Below the pieces are notes generated by a model. It saw only the letters and a list, made by a program, of their open reading frames with translations, was not told the DNA's origin and did not search any database. A DNA stretch of 64,000 bases from Dipteris shenzhenensis (Eukaryota). Position numbers and translations under genes: made by a program. This document shows positions 1 to 11,179 of the stretch, piece after piece (the first letter of the stretch is position 1; the number at the start of each line of letters is the position of its first letter). Location of the stretch: the NCBI GenBank assembly GCA_047967505.1, contig CM106538.1. The stretch is one strand, 5' to 3'.

Positions 1-130
1 ATATGAAATGCTTTGTATATTTTGCGGAAAATTTGCTATAATATTACTATATTAAAAGAAAAAGTATTAGCTTCTTGGGTTTAATCAAAATAAGCAAAGT
101 ATAAAGCCAAGGAAAAGGCTGCATCAAACC

Positions 131-3100
131 TGAGGATGATTGTAATGACTTTGACATTAACCTCTTTCTTAGGATTCAAGAGGATTGAAATCTCTTCTTC
201 ACCAAATTCAAAAAAATGAGGTTGTTGTCGAATTAACAACATAGCGGTGAATGAACTTCCAATCTGCTCCAATAGATTCATATTTTCATGACTCATCTTA
301 TTGAGAGAGTAGTCTACATCATATTCTTCTTCACTTGCTATGTCTTCTACATCCTCCTTCTGCTATAAAAATATAAAAAAGTTATGCGATGTACACATCC
401 CAAATAAAGGCTTAAACAAGCAGATAAGGTTTCATACATGCTTTCATTAGAGTGAGTCTCTCCTCCACTTGGAGCAAAAATTAAAAAAGTAAGGTTTCAT
501 ATATGCTTTCATTATAGTGAGTCTCTCCTCCTCTTGGAGGAAAAATTTAAAAAGTTATGAGATTTACACATCCCAAATAAAAATAAAGGTTTAAATAGTC
601 ATAGAAGTATTAAAATAGCATGCTTTCATTAGACTCAGTCTCTTCTCCTCTTAGAGGAAAATATAAAAAAGTTATGAGATTTACACATCCCAATTTAAGG
701 CTTGAACAAGCATACAAGTATAAAGATAAGGTTTTATACATGTTGCAATGTAGTCATATTTTTAGTTTGTTTCCCAATGGTAGCAATTAGACGCTGAATA
801 CTCTCAGCCCGAAATGCTAGCAGATCGGCTTGTGTATATGATTCCATTTTGACTGGTAACTCCAAATCAAAAATCTCTCTAAGAAACAACATGCAGTTGT
901 AGGCAACTCTCCACCCACAGCTGTGCCCATATTTTTGCTCCATTGGCAGATGTCTTTTGAATTCTACTTGGTCTTGTTGCTCCGTGGTTGTTCTGATAGC
1001 AGATACTAGCCGATATGCGGCACTGTCCATCATGACATATTAAATATATTAATATGTCATGATCATAAGATACAAAATAAGAAAGTATCAAAAATATTAA
1101 GAGAATAATTACCTTGGGGAGTTGGCATGATAGCCTTCCATTGAATTCACAAACCATAAACGGTTGAGTTCAAGGTCCCAAACGATCAGACTCCAATGTG
1201 ACCTACATGACCAAAATAAAAATGATTATTGTTTTACACAAACTTGCCAAAGAAATAGTAAAAATCAGGTTAGAGTTGATACTTACGCCTCATGATAACG
1301 CATAAAGATGACTCGCACCCCATCTAAATTCAAAGGGCTTAACCAGGTACAAACATCTTCTATAGTCTTTTGAGGTGAGCTAAGAATAGAAGAAAGGAGA
1401 GCATTGAGCATGTAGACACGATGCTGCACTGCACTAGGAAGCTAAGAAATAACTACACTGCACTAAGAAATAAACAAACATTAGCTCATAGAATTGATTT
1501 GCATTCTGCACTAGGAAACTGATATATAACTACACTGTAAATAAATAAACAAATGTTAGCTCATTGAAGTAGCAACAAATAAACAAACGTTACCTGAGAA
1601 TGGCCAAGATAACATTGTCATTAACCTCTTTTAAAGGATTGGAGAGAATTGAAACCTCCTCTCTACCAAAGCTCAAATACTGAGGTTCTCGTTTCAAAAC
1701 GATCCTAACTTCAAATGAGCTCTCCATTTTATCCAATGCAGCTAAATTTGCAGAATGGGTCTCTGTCATAGCTTGTATTCTATGTTTGGGGTCATTCTAC
1801 TTTTCCATGGTGTCTTTAAAGCTCTTGTGCTCATGGGATTCTTCAATCAAATTTAGAGGTGGTTGCATTGTTGAAGTAAAAGGGAGTGCCTCCATATTGA
1901 CTTCATCCATTTCTTCTCCCTCTATTGCATGTAAACAAATATGAGAGATTAGATTCATTATCTTTAAATTTAAATCTTATTTAAAAAATTGTATCTAGTT
2001 AAGAAATAGAGAGTACATACTGCTAAGTATTGTCGTAGTGGCTTTTTTTCATAACCTTGCGAGCCATAATTATCAAAGAAGGCATCATCATGTTTGTCTT
2101 CATCCACCAACCTCTCTCTGAACGGGTCATGTAAGTCCATCTTTTCATCATCATCAACTGGGACATTATGATCTTCAAGGTAATCATCCATGTCATCAGT
2201 GTCCTTGTGGTTTATCTCTTTTTTATAGCCTGTGGTTAGATTTGTTTGAAGCTGAAAATAAGCCATGAAATGCTTATTTTCAATAATATTTGTGGAGTTG
2301 CCTTTTCTAAGGAGATCCTTAAATAAATATCCCATCCTGCACAAGGTGACCTCCCAACCTACCGGTAGCAAATTCTCCATCATGGTAAGCAAGAGACTCC
2401 CACTTTTTGCAGGACTTCCATAGTTGTTTTTTTGATAATGTATGGACCTGGGAATATCTTGCTCTTCTAGCATCAATCTCAAATTATTTGAATTCCCTCT
2501 TATGTTCTTTTGTAAGGAGTGATTAGGGTTGGGACTCCGCATACACAAAAAAAAAAAAGATGAATATGCTCACTCTAGAGTAACCTGCATGGCTTCTTTG
2601 TCTTTTTTATCAACAAAAATGACAATGTTGCAAATTGCCACTTTGCTAATGGTGGTATATACTATTCTATCAATGAAGTTATGGATATCATCGCTAGAAA
2701 CTTCATTGATAAAGAGTAGTTGTGGCTTATCCCATGCTGAGTCATTCTTGAAGAAGTCATCTTCTGAGACTCCCTTGAAGTTCACAAGCTTTCCAGACTC
2801 TACCGTAACCTCTATATTGAATTGAAACTTTGGTGCATATCTGTCGGCATCCTTATCTCGCTGATTAATCTTTCCACATGTGCAACCACCTGTTGTGGGA
2901 TTTCTTTTCTCATATAAGAGGTTACTATTTGTAACCCATCTTCATCCTTTTTAATCCACATGTTTGTCCATAGCTTTACCTTGGGTGTTGACAAAGAAGC
3001 TATATGCTTCACCACATTATAGTCAATGTTACAATGAGTAAGTGGCATTTGTTTCTCTGATAGCAAATACTTAATGGCACTATGCACTGCATTCACGCCT

Positions 3101-5146
3101 CACCTGTACATTGATGCATTCTTCCATGCAGTGGTCTTTGTCTTTTTTTCCAAAAAACCATTCTTTCTTTAAAATTTTTTGTGCTGCCATGGATGCATAC
3201 TTGTCAGGTAAGTACTTTATAGGCCTCCACATCCTTGCCATCAACTCCTTCTTATCCATTACCTTTGACTTTCCAGAGATAAACAAAGGAGCTTCATAGG
3301 TCAACTGTCCACGCTCACAAGCAATGCACGTTTCAAGCATCTCATTGAACACTTCAACAGGACAAAATATAATAGAAGTGTAGTCGGCATATCTGTCCCT
3401 CACCACCTTGAGGCTTGTCATACTTTCTTCTTGCTCTTGAGTTCCCCTAGGCACAACTGCACTCAAAGAAGTATAGAAGTTCGTGAGTGTGTCGGCGTCT
3501 GCTTTTGTGACCTTTCGCTTCAAATCAGGATTTGGAGAACCAAATGTTGTCCATATAACCCTTGCCTTCTGTAAGACCTCTGATGTTGAGGATATCTTAT
3601 GCTTTCCATGGACATAATGATTAAGTCTTTTGGACTCAATCAAATACTTGATCTCATGCTTGAATATACAGATTGTTGCAGGATAATAATGGAATGAACT
3701 TCTCTTTCCAAATTGTTCTGAAGTGAGTCTTTTGTCCTCCTTTGCTTCCTTTGCGATCTGATTACAAGCATAAGCCCAATGTTGACCATCAATGGGCTGG
3801 AATCTGCAATGGAGGAGGAATTCCTTCTTTGCTTCCTTTAGCATATTCTCACCTTGTGCCTCTTCGCCTTGTTCATGTGGAATATTTTTAAGTGTCTTTA
3901 AAGAATCGACTGAAGGTTTCCTCAAAATGTGTAGGCCCTGTAAATGTTATTTGATCCAAAAAACTATTTTTGATTGGACAAAACATTATTGGGCGCAAGA
4001 CCACATTGCTTGCCATAGGTTTCTTACCATCTCTCAAAGCCTCGTATATTTGCAGTGCATAGGATATATCAAGGCTTCGGCTATTAGTAAAGATAGCTGC
4101 AGCTTCCACATCTTTGGCATTCATAAACCATGTCCTTTGACCCCAGATATATCCCGCATCATCATCTGTAATTGCTTCATTAAGACGCAGATTAAGATTT
4201 TTGATTGATGTGAGTTCATCCTGATCATCTTCAGGCTCACGTTCTGAGTCTTCTTCATCTTTCTCTTCTTTTAACGGTCTTTCATCCACATTATCTCTCT
4301 CTATAGTGGGACGATGTCTTTTTTTACTATGAACTGTCGCTCTTGCAGTACTAGCCTTTTGCATTTCACATCGTGGTTTGCTAGCAAGAGCTTCTAGCAT
4401 AACTGCAGTGGATCGACCTTCATCTTCTTCAATTTTTTTAATTCCCGTGCACTCAAGGCTTGTGTTTCATCATCCTTAGTTACATCTACCATTTCTTGCT
4501 CTAGAAGTTTACGCTCATGTTCTACACGTTTGTGACAGTGTGCCTGTTCTTCTTGTCCCTGCATCAAAGTCTGAGCTTTTTGATCTCCATCATGTGAAGA
4601 TCCTTGAATATGAGGAGCATATTGTGCATCCTGAAAGTACTCAAACATTATCTTTGCATGCATCCTTTTTGCCACCACACTAGGAAATTGCTCCCAAGTA
4701 TATGAAAGAGTCTCCAATGCACTTTGCAGCTTTGGAAACTTTGATGGTTGAGGAGGAGGCATCACAAAGGTCTTTGAGTCTCTCCTTGACACAACAATAT
4801 GAAGACCGCCAACTTCAGGATCTGAACTCTTTGTAAAAATATCCACAAAAGTCTCTTTTGGCTCTATCATTATGCCTACTATAAGGCTTGAAGTCATATC
4901 TTTTTTGAAGAAAGTAGCATCCCATGGATCTTCAACACCATTGAACTCCCTTTTTGACATAAGTAGAAAGAGTCTCTTTTTCTTTTGATGAAGAAACCAA
5001 GCTCTTCTGCCCATGTGATATCGAGTCCACCTATTAAAGCCATTGGGGCTATATTCCTTTCCTTTGAAATTCAAAGTGACATCAAAAACCCATTCTCTAA
5101 TCTCAGAGTCATTTAGGATAGCCACCACATTAGTTGATTGCTCCAT
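131..5146 (-). pseudogene. Multi-exon transposon-cargo pseudogene: large N-terminal exon with IDGQH (ParB/DGQHR-like) motif, acidic linker, Ulp1/C48-like protease domain, and the start of a second Ulp1-like domain; probably continues beyond the left window edge
   Basis: Acceptor TATAG (5155-5151) lies just upstream of ATG 5146. A chain of frameshifted ORFs follows (4394-5146, 3888-4400, 3080-3925, 2812-3096, 2570-2785, 1970-2548). GT-AG exons then read ~1921-1594 (FGREEVSILSNPLKEVNDNVILAILR), ~1440-1287 (RVIFMRYHE), ~1203-1113 (SHWSLIVWDLELNRLWFVNS), ~1022-740 (EQKYGHSCGWRV) and ~362-131 (FGEEEISILLNPKKEVNVKVITIILR). Frameshifts and an in-frame TAG (~1798) indicate decay. Confidence 0.75.
365..735. 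repeat. Short degenerate tandem repeats (about 3 copies) inside the cargo gene
   Basis: Recurring AAAAAGTTATG(C/A)GAT.TACACATCCCAA and ATGCTTTCATTA.A.T.AGTCTC...CTCC.CTT.GAG blocks. Confidence 0.8.
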
Positions 5147-5199
5147 AATCCTATAAGAAAAGATAATGAAGAATTTAGATACATACAAGTAAAGTACAA

Positions 5200-5810
5200 T
5201 ATACAACACTTGATACAATAAATGTGGGAAATTTCCCAAAAGGCTTTACAAGGCTTCATATGGCAATAAATGTGGGAAATAGCCTAGAAGGCTTTACAAG
5301 GCTTAAATATTTGTACAAATGTAAAAAATTTAGCGAATAAAGCTTTACAGTAATATAAAATGTCATCTAGTGATAAAGCTTCAATCTTCATGAAGACATG
5401 TAATCTGTCCATCCATTGATTTGCCCTCTAGTCATAAAGCTTCAATCTTCATGATGACATGTAATCTGTCCATCCATTGATATCTATGCACTGATACCCA
5501 ACTGATGCAATCTACCCACTAAAAACTATTCCACTGATATCCACTTATGCAGCCCACTGATACTCGTTAAATAGTGAATGGTCGGGTTTATTACAAGGCG
5601 CTTCATATGACAATAAATGTAAAAATTAGCATAGAAGGCTTTACAAGGTTTTTTATGACAATAAATGAGCTTAAATATTTATACAAATGCAATAAAAATA
5701 ACCAATAATCATCAAGCTCCAATATGTCCCATGACATGTAATCTGTCCACTGATATATGTAATCTGTCACTGATATCTGCTCATGCAATCTGCCCACTGA
5801 TAAACTTCTT
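5200..5810. repeat. Small direct repeats in the presumed 5' leader intron of the cargo gene
   Basis: AAGGCTTTACAAGG(C/T)T occurs 3 times and ATAAATGTGGGAAAT twice. There is a ~62-bp tandem (CTAGT.ATAAAGCTTCAATCTTCATGA.GACATGTAATCTGTCCATCCATTGA) at ~5367-5480 and several CCACTGATA copies. Confidence 0.75.
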
Positions 5811-6259
5811 GGTAAATGGTAAACGGTCTTATTTAATAGCATGTTATGAGTGTTAAACTGCATGTGAGTGAAGGGACTGACAACAATTAGGAACTAGTTA
5901 GAAAAATTTGAGCATGGCTTCAATTGGAAACTTGGAGAATTGTCTCTCCTCTAAGGCAATCTAATCTATGCTAAACCAACCATCGAAGCGAAGAAAAGCA
6001 ATAAATAATTTCTTTTTCTGTGTTCATTTTAATGTGCTGGGGTTTAAGAGGCTTAAATATGCAAAAGAAGGGGTTTTGATGTAGAGGCTAAACTTGCATG
6101 TGAGAGAAATGAAGAACAAGTATCTAAAGAAAAGTTAACATTTTTCAATTTAAAAGATGAATATATATAAAAATATTATCTCACCTTCAAAACAAACCAT
6201 AAATTCACTCTTTTATAATTTTTTAAAGGTATAATATAAAACATGTAAATATATAAAAC

Positions 6260-6548
6260 TCTCTTTACTTTCTCTCTCTCTCTCTCTCTCGACTCCTAAA
6301 TCTCTCTGTAGCCATAGTCAAGACACCTCATTCTCTCTCTTAATCTCTCTCTCTCTCTCTGACAACTCTTATGTGTTTCCCTCTCTGTCCTCATCCCACT
6401 CATTCTCTCTCTTAGTTTATCTCAACTCTCTCTTTCTCTCCCTCCCATGGCGGCTAAGATTTTTTATTCTCTCTCTTTATCTCTCTCTCTCTTCCTAGGA
6501 TTTGTAATTATTTCTCTCTCTCTCCATCTCTCTCCTCTCTCTCTCTCT

Positions 6549-6601
<53 letters not shown>

Positions 6602-6764
6602 CCTCTCTACCTCCCTACCTCTATCCTCTTGGCTGCTAGGATTTGTCATTCTTTCCCTCTCTATGTCTCTCTCTCTCTCTCTGAATTCTCTCTCTTAATC
6701 TCTCTCAGCCTTCCTCCCTCCCTCCCTCCCTCCCTCCCTTGGCGGCCACGGCCGCGAGAATCTC

Positions 6765-6797
<33 letters not shown>

Positions 6798-7356
6798 ACC
6801 TCCCTCTCTTGGCGGCCCTCCCTCCCTCCCTTGGCGGCCACGGCCCCGAAGAGCCCATCTTCTCTCTCTTAATTTCTCTCTTTCCCTCTCTCCTCTTGCC
6901 ACGTTTCATTCTCTTAAACTTCTCTCTCTCTCTCCTCTCTCTCCCTCTTAAACTTCTCTCTCTCTCCCTCTCTCTCCCTCTCTCTCTTTCTCCCTCTCTC
7001 TCTTTCTCTCTCTCTCCCTCTCTCTCCCTACTCTCTCCCTCCCTCAAGCAGCCACAGTCGCCAGGAGACCCTCTTCTCTCTCTTAATCTCTCTCTCTCTC
7101 TCCTCTCTCTTTCTTTCCCTCCCTACTCTTCTCTCTCATTTAAGGATCCCCTCTTCTCTTTGTGAATCTCTCTCTCCCTCTCTCCTCTCTCTCTTTCTCT
7201 CCCTCCCTACTCCTCTCATTTCTCATTCTCTCTCTCATTTCTGTTCTCTCTCCCTTTGGCGGCCACGGCCGCCAAGAGCCCCTCTTCTCTCTCTTAATTT
7301 CTCTCTTTCCCTCTCTCCTCTCTCTTTCTCTCCCTCCCTATTCTCTCTCATTTCTC
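6260..7356. repeat. CT-rich low-complexity/microsatellite tract with interspersed TTGGCGGCCACGGCC motifs
   Basis: (CT)n runs, with GGCGGCC motifs at ~6740, 6810, 6832 and 7258. Confidence 0.9.
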
Positions 7357-7627
7357 AAATTTACAAACTCAAATATAAATAAGAAACTAATTAAAATAGA
7401 ACTCAAAAACTCAAATAAGAAACTAATTTAAAAAGAATTGTAATGCCTTCTAAAAAACCCTTTTCCTCAAAAACTTTAACAATAAACTAATTGAAAAAGA
7501 ATTGTAAGTAAAGCAAAAGAATTACAAGACGAATTTTAAGAAATACAACTCAAAAACTTTAACAAGAAACTAATTGAAAAAGAATTGTAAGTAAAGAAAA
7601 AGAATTACAAGACGAATGAAAAAGAAA

Positions 7628-7756
7628 GCAAGTACCTGGAAAAAGTGAAAAAAGTAAGGCTTCGATTATCCTTTCTCTTCAGCTCTTGGTTGCTTCAATG
7701 AAATGAGGAGAGAATGAGAATGAATGAATGGAAAGAAGAGTATATATAAGAAAAAC
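7628..7756 (-). promoter_or_regulatory. Putative TATA box + non-coding leader exon (copy 1) for the minus-strand gene
   Basis: On the minus strand TTCTTATATATA is followed by ~100 nt and a donor-like TCCAG|GTACTT at 7636/7635. It is homologous to 10422-10567. Confidence 0.5.
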
Positions 7757-8399
7757 TAGCCCACTCCTCCCATGCATAAATTTGAATTTTCAAAAAAGAG
7801 AGGAAAATTTGAATTCATTATAAATTTGAATTCAAATTTGTGTTCAACATTCTTCTTATACTTTCTTCTCGTACGTTCCTTTTGAATTCAAATTTGTGGT
7901 CAACATTCTTCTTGATACTTTCTTCTCGTAAGTCCCTTTTATTCTTCTCGTAAGTCAAATCTTATTTGCCGCTCTTGCTTGTGATAGTAAGTCAAATCTT
8001 ATTTGAGCAAGAATCTTATTTGTCGCTCTTGCTCGTGATAGTTCTACTCTTAGTTGTAAGAATTCAAATTTGTGTTCAACATTCTTCTTGATACTTTCTT
8101 CTCGTAAGTCCCTTTCATTCTTTTCCTAAGTCAAATCTTATTTGTCTCTTGTAAGAATTTGACCTCTCTCCCTCTACTCCCTCGCTTCTCTCTCCTTCAC
8201 TCTCTCTCTCTGTCTCTCCCTCTACTCCCTCTACTCCCTTGCTTCTCTCTCCCTCACTCTCTCTCTCTCTCCCCTCTCCCCTCCCTCTCTCTCCCCTCCC
8301 TCCTCTCCCCTCTCTCTCCTTCTGCTCCCCTCCCCCCTTCCTCCCTCCCCTCCCCTCCCCCCCCTCCCTCGACCCCTCCATCCCCCCCACCCTTTCCCT

Positions 8400-9960
8400 C
8401 CCCTCCCCTCGTGGAGGGTCCTGACAGCCGCACTAGAACCCCCCCTCCCTACCCCCTGCCCCCACCCGCCCCCCTCCCTCCCTCGACCTTGCCCCTACTC
8501 CCCTCCCCCCTCCGCCCCCCCCCTCCCCTACCCGGCTCCCCTCCCCCCCCTCCCCTCCCCTCCCCCCTCCTTGGGGGTCTGGTGGCTGCGGCCGCCAAAA
8601 CCCCCCCCACCCCGTCCCTCCCCTCCCCCCTCCAGGGGGTCCTGGCGGCCGCGGCTGCCAGACCCCCCCGCCCCCTCCCTCCCTCGACCCCAACCCCCCC
8701 AACCCCTCCCTCCCCTCCCCCCTCCCCCTCCCTCCCCTCCCCCCTCCAGGGATCCTGGCGGCTGCGGCCGCCAGACCCCCCCGCCCCGTCCCTCCCTCGA
8801 CTGCAAACCCCCCCACCCCCCCACCCCCTCCCCCCTCCAGGGGGTCCAAGCGACCGCGGCCACTAGACCCCCCCGCCCCCCTCCCTCCCTCGACCCCAAC
8901 CCCCCCCACCCCCTCCCTCCCCTCCCCCCTCCAGGGGTCGTGGCGGTCGCGACCGCCAGACCCCCCGCCCCCTCCCTCCCTCAACCCCAACCCCCCCACC
9001 CCCTCCCCCCTCCAGGGGGTCCTAGCGGCCGTGGCCGCCAGACCCCCCGCCCCGCCCCCCCTCCCTCCCTCCCTCGACCCCAACGCCCCCGACCCCCTCC
9101 CTCCCCTCCCCTCCCCCCTCCCTCCAAGGGGTCCTAGCGACCATGGCTGCCAAACCCCCCCCGCCCCTCCCTCCCTCGACCCTGCCCCCGCTCCCCTCCC
9201 CCCCTTCCACCCCCCCCTTCCCTACCCAGCTCCCCTCCCCCCCCTTCGCCTCCCCTCCCCCCCTCCTTGGGGGTTTGGCAGCCATGGCCGCCAGAACCCC
9301 CCCACCCCGTCCCTCCCCTCCCCCCTCCAGGGGGTCCTGGCGGCTGTGGCCACCAGACCCCCTTCCCCCCTCCCTCCCTCGACCCCAACCCCCCCCACTC
9401 CCTCCCTCCCCTCCCCCCTCCAGGGGTCTTGGCAGCCACGGCCGCCAGACCCCCCCCCCTCCCTCCCTTGACCCCAACCCCCCCACCCCCCTTGGCGGCC
9501 GCGGTCGCCAAAACCCCCCCCTTCCCTCCCTCGACCCCAACCCCCCCCCACCCCCTCCCCTCCCCCCTCCAGGGGTCCTGGCGGCCGTGGCCACTAGACC
9601 CCCCCTCCCTCCCTCGACCCCAACCCCCCTCCAGGGGTCCTGGCAGCCGCAATCGCCAGACCCCCCCTCCCTCCCTCGACCCCAACCCCCCCCACCCCCT
9701 CCCTCCCCTCCCCCCTCCAGGGGTCCTTGTGGGCACGGCCGCCAGACCCCCCCCTCCCTCCCTCGATCCCAACCCCGCCCCACCCCCTCCCTCCCCTCCC
9801 CCCTCCAGGGGGTCCTGGCGGCCGCGGCTGCCAGACCCCCCCTCCCTCCCTCGACCCCAACCCCGCCCCACCCCCTCCCTCCCCTCCCCCCTCCAGGGGG
9901 TCCTCGTGGCGGCCGCAGCCGCCAGACCCCCCCTCCCTCCCTCCCTCGCCCCTGCCCCTA
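8400..9960. repeat. GC-rich minisatellite, ~17 units of ~60-140 bp, each with a near-palindromic core flanked by C-runs
   Basis: Core GGGGGTC(C)TGGCGGCCGCGGCCGCCAGACCCCC and variants at ~8572, 8635, 8748, 8839, 8934, 9015, 9128, 9268, 9329, 9422, 9571, 9633, 9720, 9807 and 9895, embedded in a C-rich tract 8160-10350. Confidence 0.9.
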
Positions 9961-10421
9961 CCATGCCCCTCCCTCCCTACCTACCACCGCCCTCGCCCCC
10001 ACCCGCCACCCCCTCCCTCCCCTCCCCCTCAGCCCCCGCCCCTCCCTCCCTACCCGGCACCCCCGCTCCTCTCGCTGTTGCCCTCGCCCCCACCCCCCCT
10101 CCCTCGATCCCGCCCCTGCCCCCGCCCCCGCCCCTCCCTCCCCCCCCTCCCTACCTCCCTCGACCCCGCTAGAACCCCCCCTCCCTCCCTCCCTCACTCC
10201 CGTCCCCGCCCCTCCCTCCCCCCGCTCCCTACCTGGCTCCCCTCCCCCCTTCCCCTCCCCCCCCCTCTCCCTCCCTCCACCTAGCCCCTTGCCCCTCCCT
10301 CCCCTCCCCCCTCTCCATCCTCTCCTTCTCCTCCCCTCCTCGTGAACCTCTCTCTCTCTAGTTCCTCTCTCTTCAAATTTAAAAAAAAAAAATCTAGATA
10401 AAGAATTAATCAAAAAAATTT

Positions 10422-10567
10422 GCAAGTACCTGGAAAAAGTTTGTAAGTTTGCTCTTTCTTGCTTTCTTGCTCTTCCTTCCTTGCTTTCTTGATCGTCCTT
10501 GCTTTCTTGCTTCAATGAATGAAATGAGGGGAGAATGAATGAAGAAGGAAGACTATATATAAGAAAA
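10422..10567 (-). promoter_or_regulatory. Putative TATA box + non-coding leader exon (copy 2)
   Basis: GCAAGTACCTGGAAAAAGT...TTGCTTCAATGAA...GAGAATGA...TATATATAAGAAAAA in the same order as 7628-7756, with a donor-like site at 10430/10429. Confidence 0.5.
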
Positions 10568-11179
10568 ATTAGGTTTTCCTCCTCCTCTCCTATTGGCTTT
10601 CCATTCCTCCCCTCTCTCCTATTGCTTTTCATTTATCCCCTCTCCCATTGGCTCCCATTACTCCCCTCTCCCATTGGACCCCCTTATTATCCTACTCCCC
10701 TATTACCTTCCCCTCTCCCATTCCATTCTTCCCTCCCCACTCTCATTTCCACTTCCCATTACTCACTTGCCATCATTTGAAAACTATTAATATATTATTA
10801 TACTATTTTTTATACTTATTATCATACACTCCTATTACTTCCCTCTCCCATTCCACTCCTCCCTCCTCACTCCCACTTCCACTTCCCATTACTCACTTGC
10901 TATACACATTTGCAAACTATTAATATATTATTATATGATTTTTTGTACTATTTGCAAACTTACATGTGGGCAAAATCACAGGTGTCAAAGCAATCCTATT
11001 GTGGTCATACAACAACTATGCTTTTATTCAAGGGCGTATTTATCCTCATCAACAAGCTTATTTACTCAAAGTATGAAGTGCATAATTTGTGCACTAGGTG
11101 TTTACTTTGTTGTATCAAAATTGTTTGCCACACACACACATATACACATACCAAGAATTTTCTAATATTATCGCATCTA

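Noticed and set aside
6447-7431. Leu/Ser- and Glu/Arg-rich ORFs (also 50140-51664, 56083-57213, 59046-59834)
   Set aside because: These are microsatellite or low-complexity translation artefacts.
8115-10632. Long Pro-rich/Gly-rich ORFs resembling extensins or formins
   Set aside because: They are open in almost all frames on both strands because the C-rich minisatellite lacks stop codons; no signal peptide or real domain.
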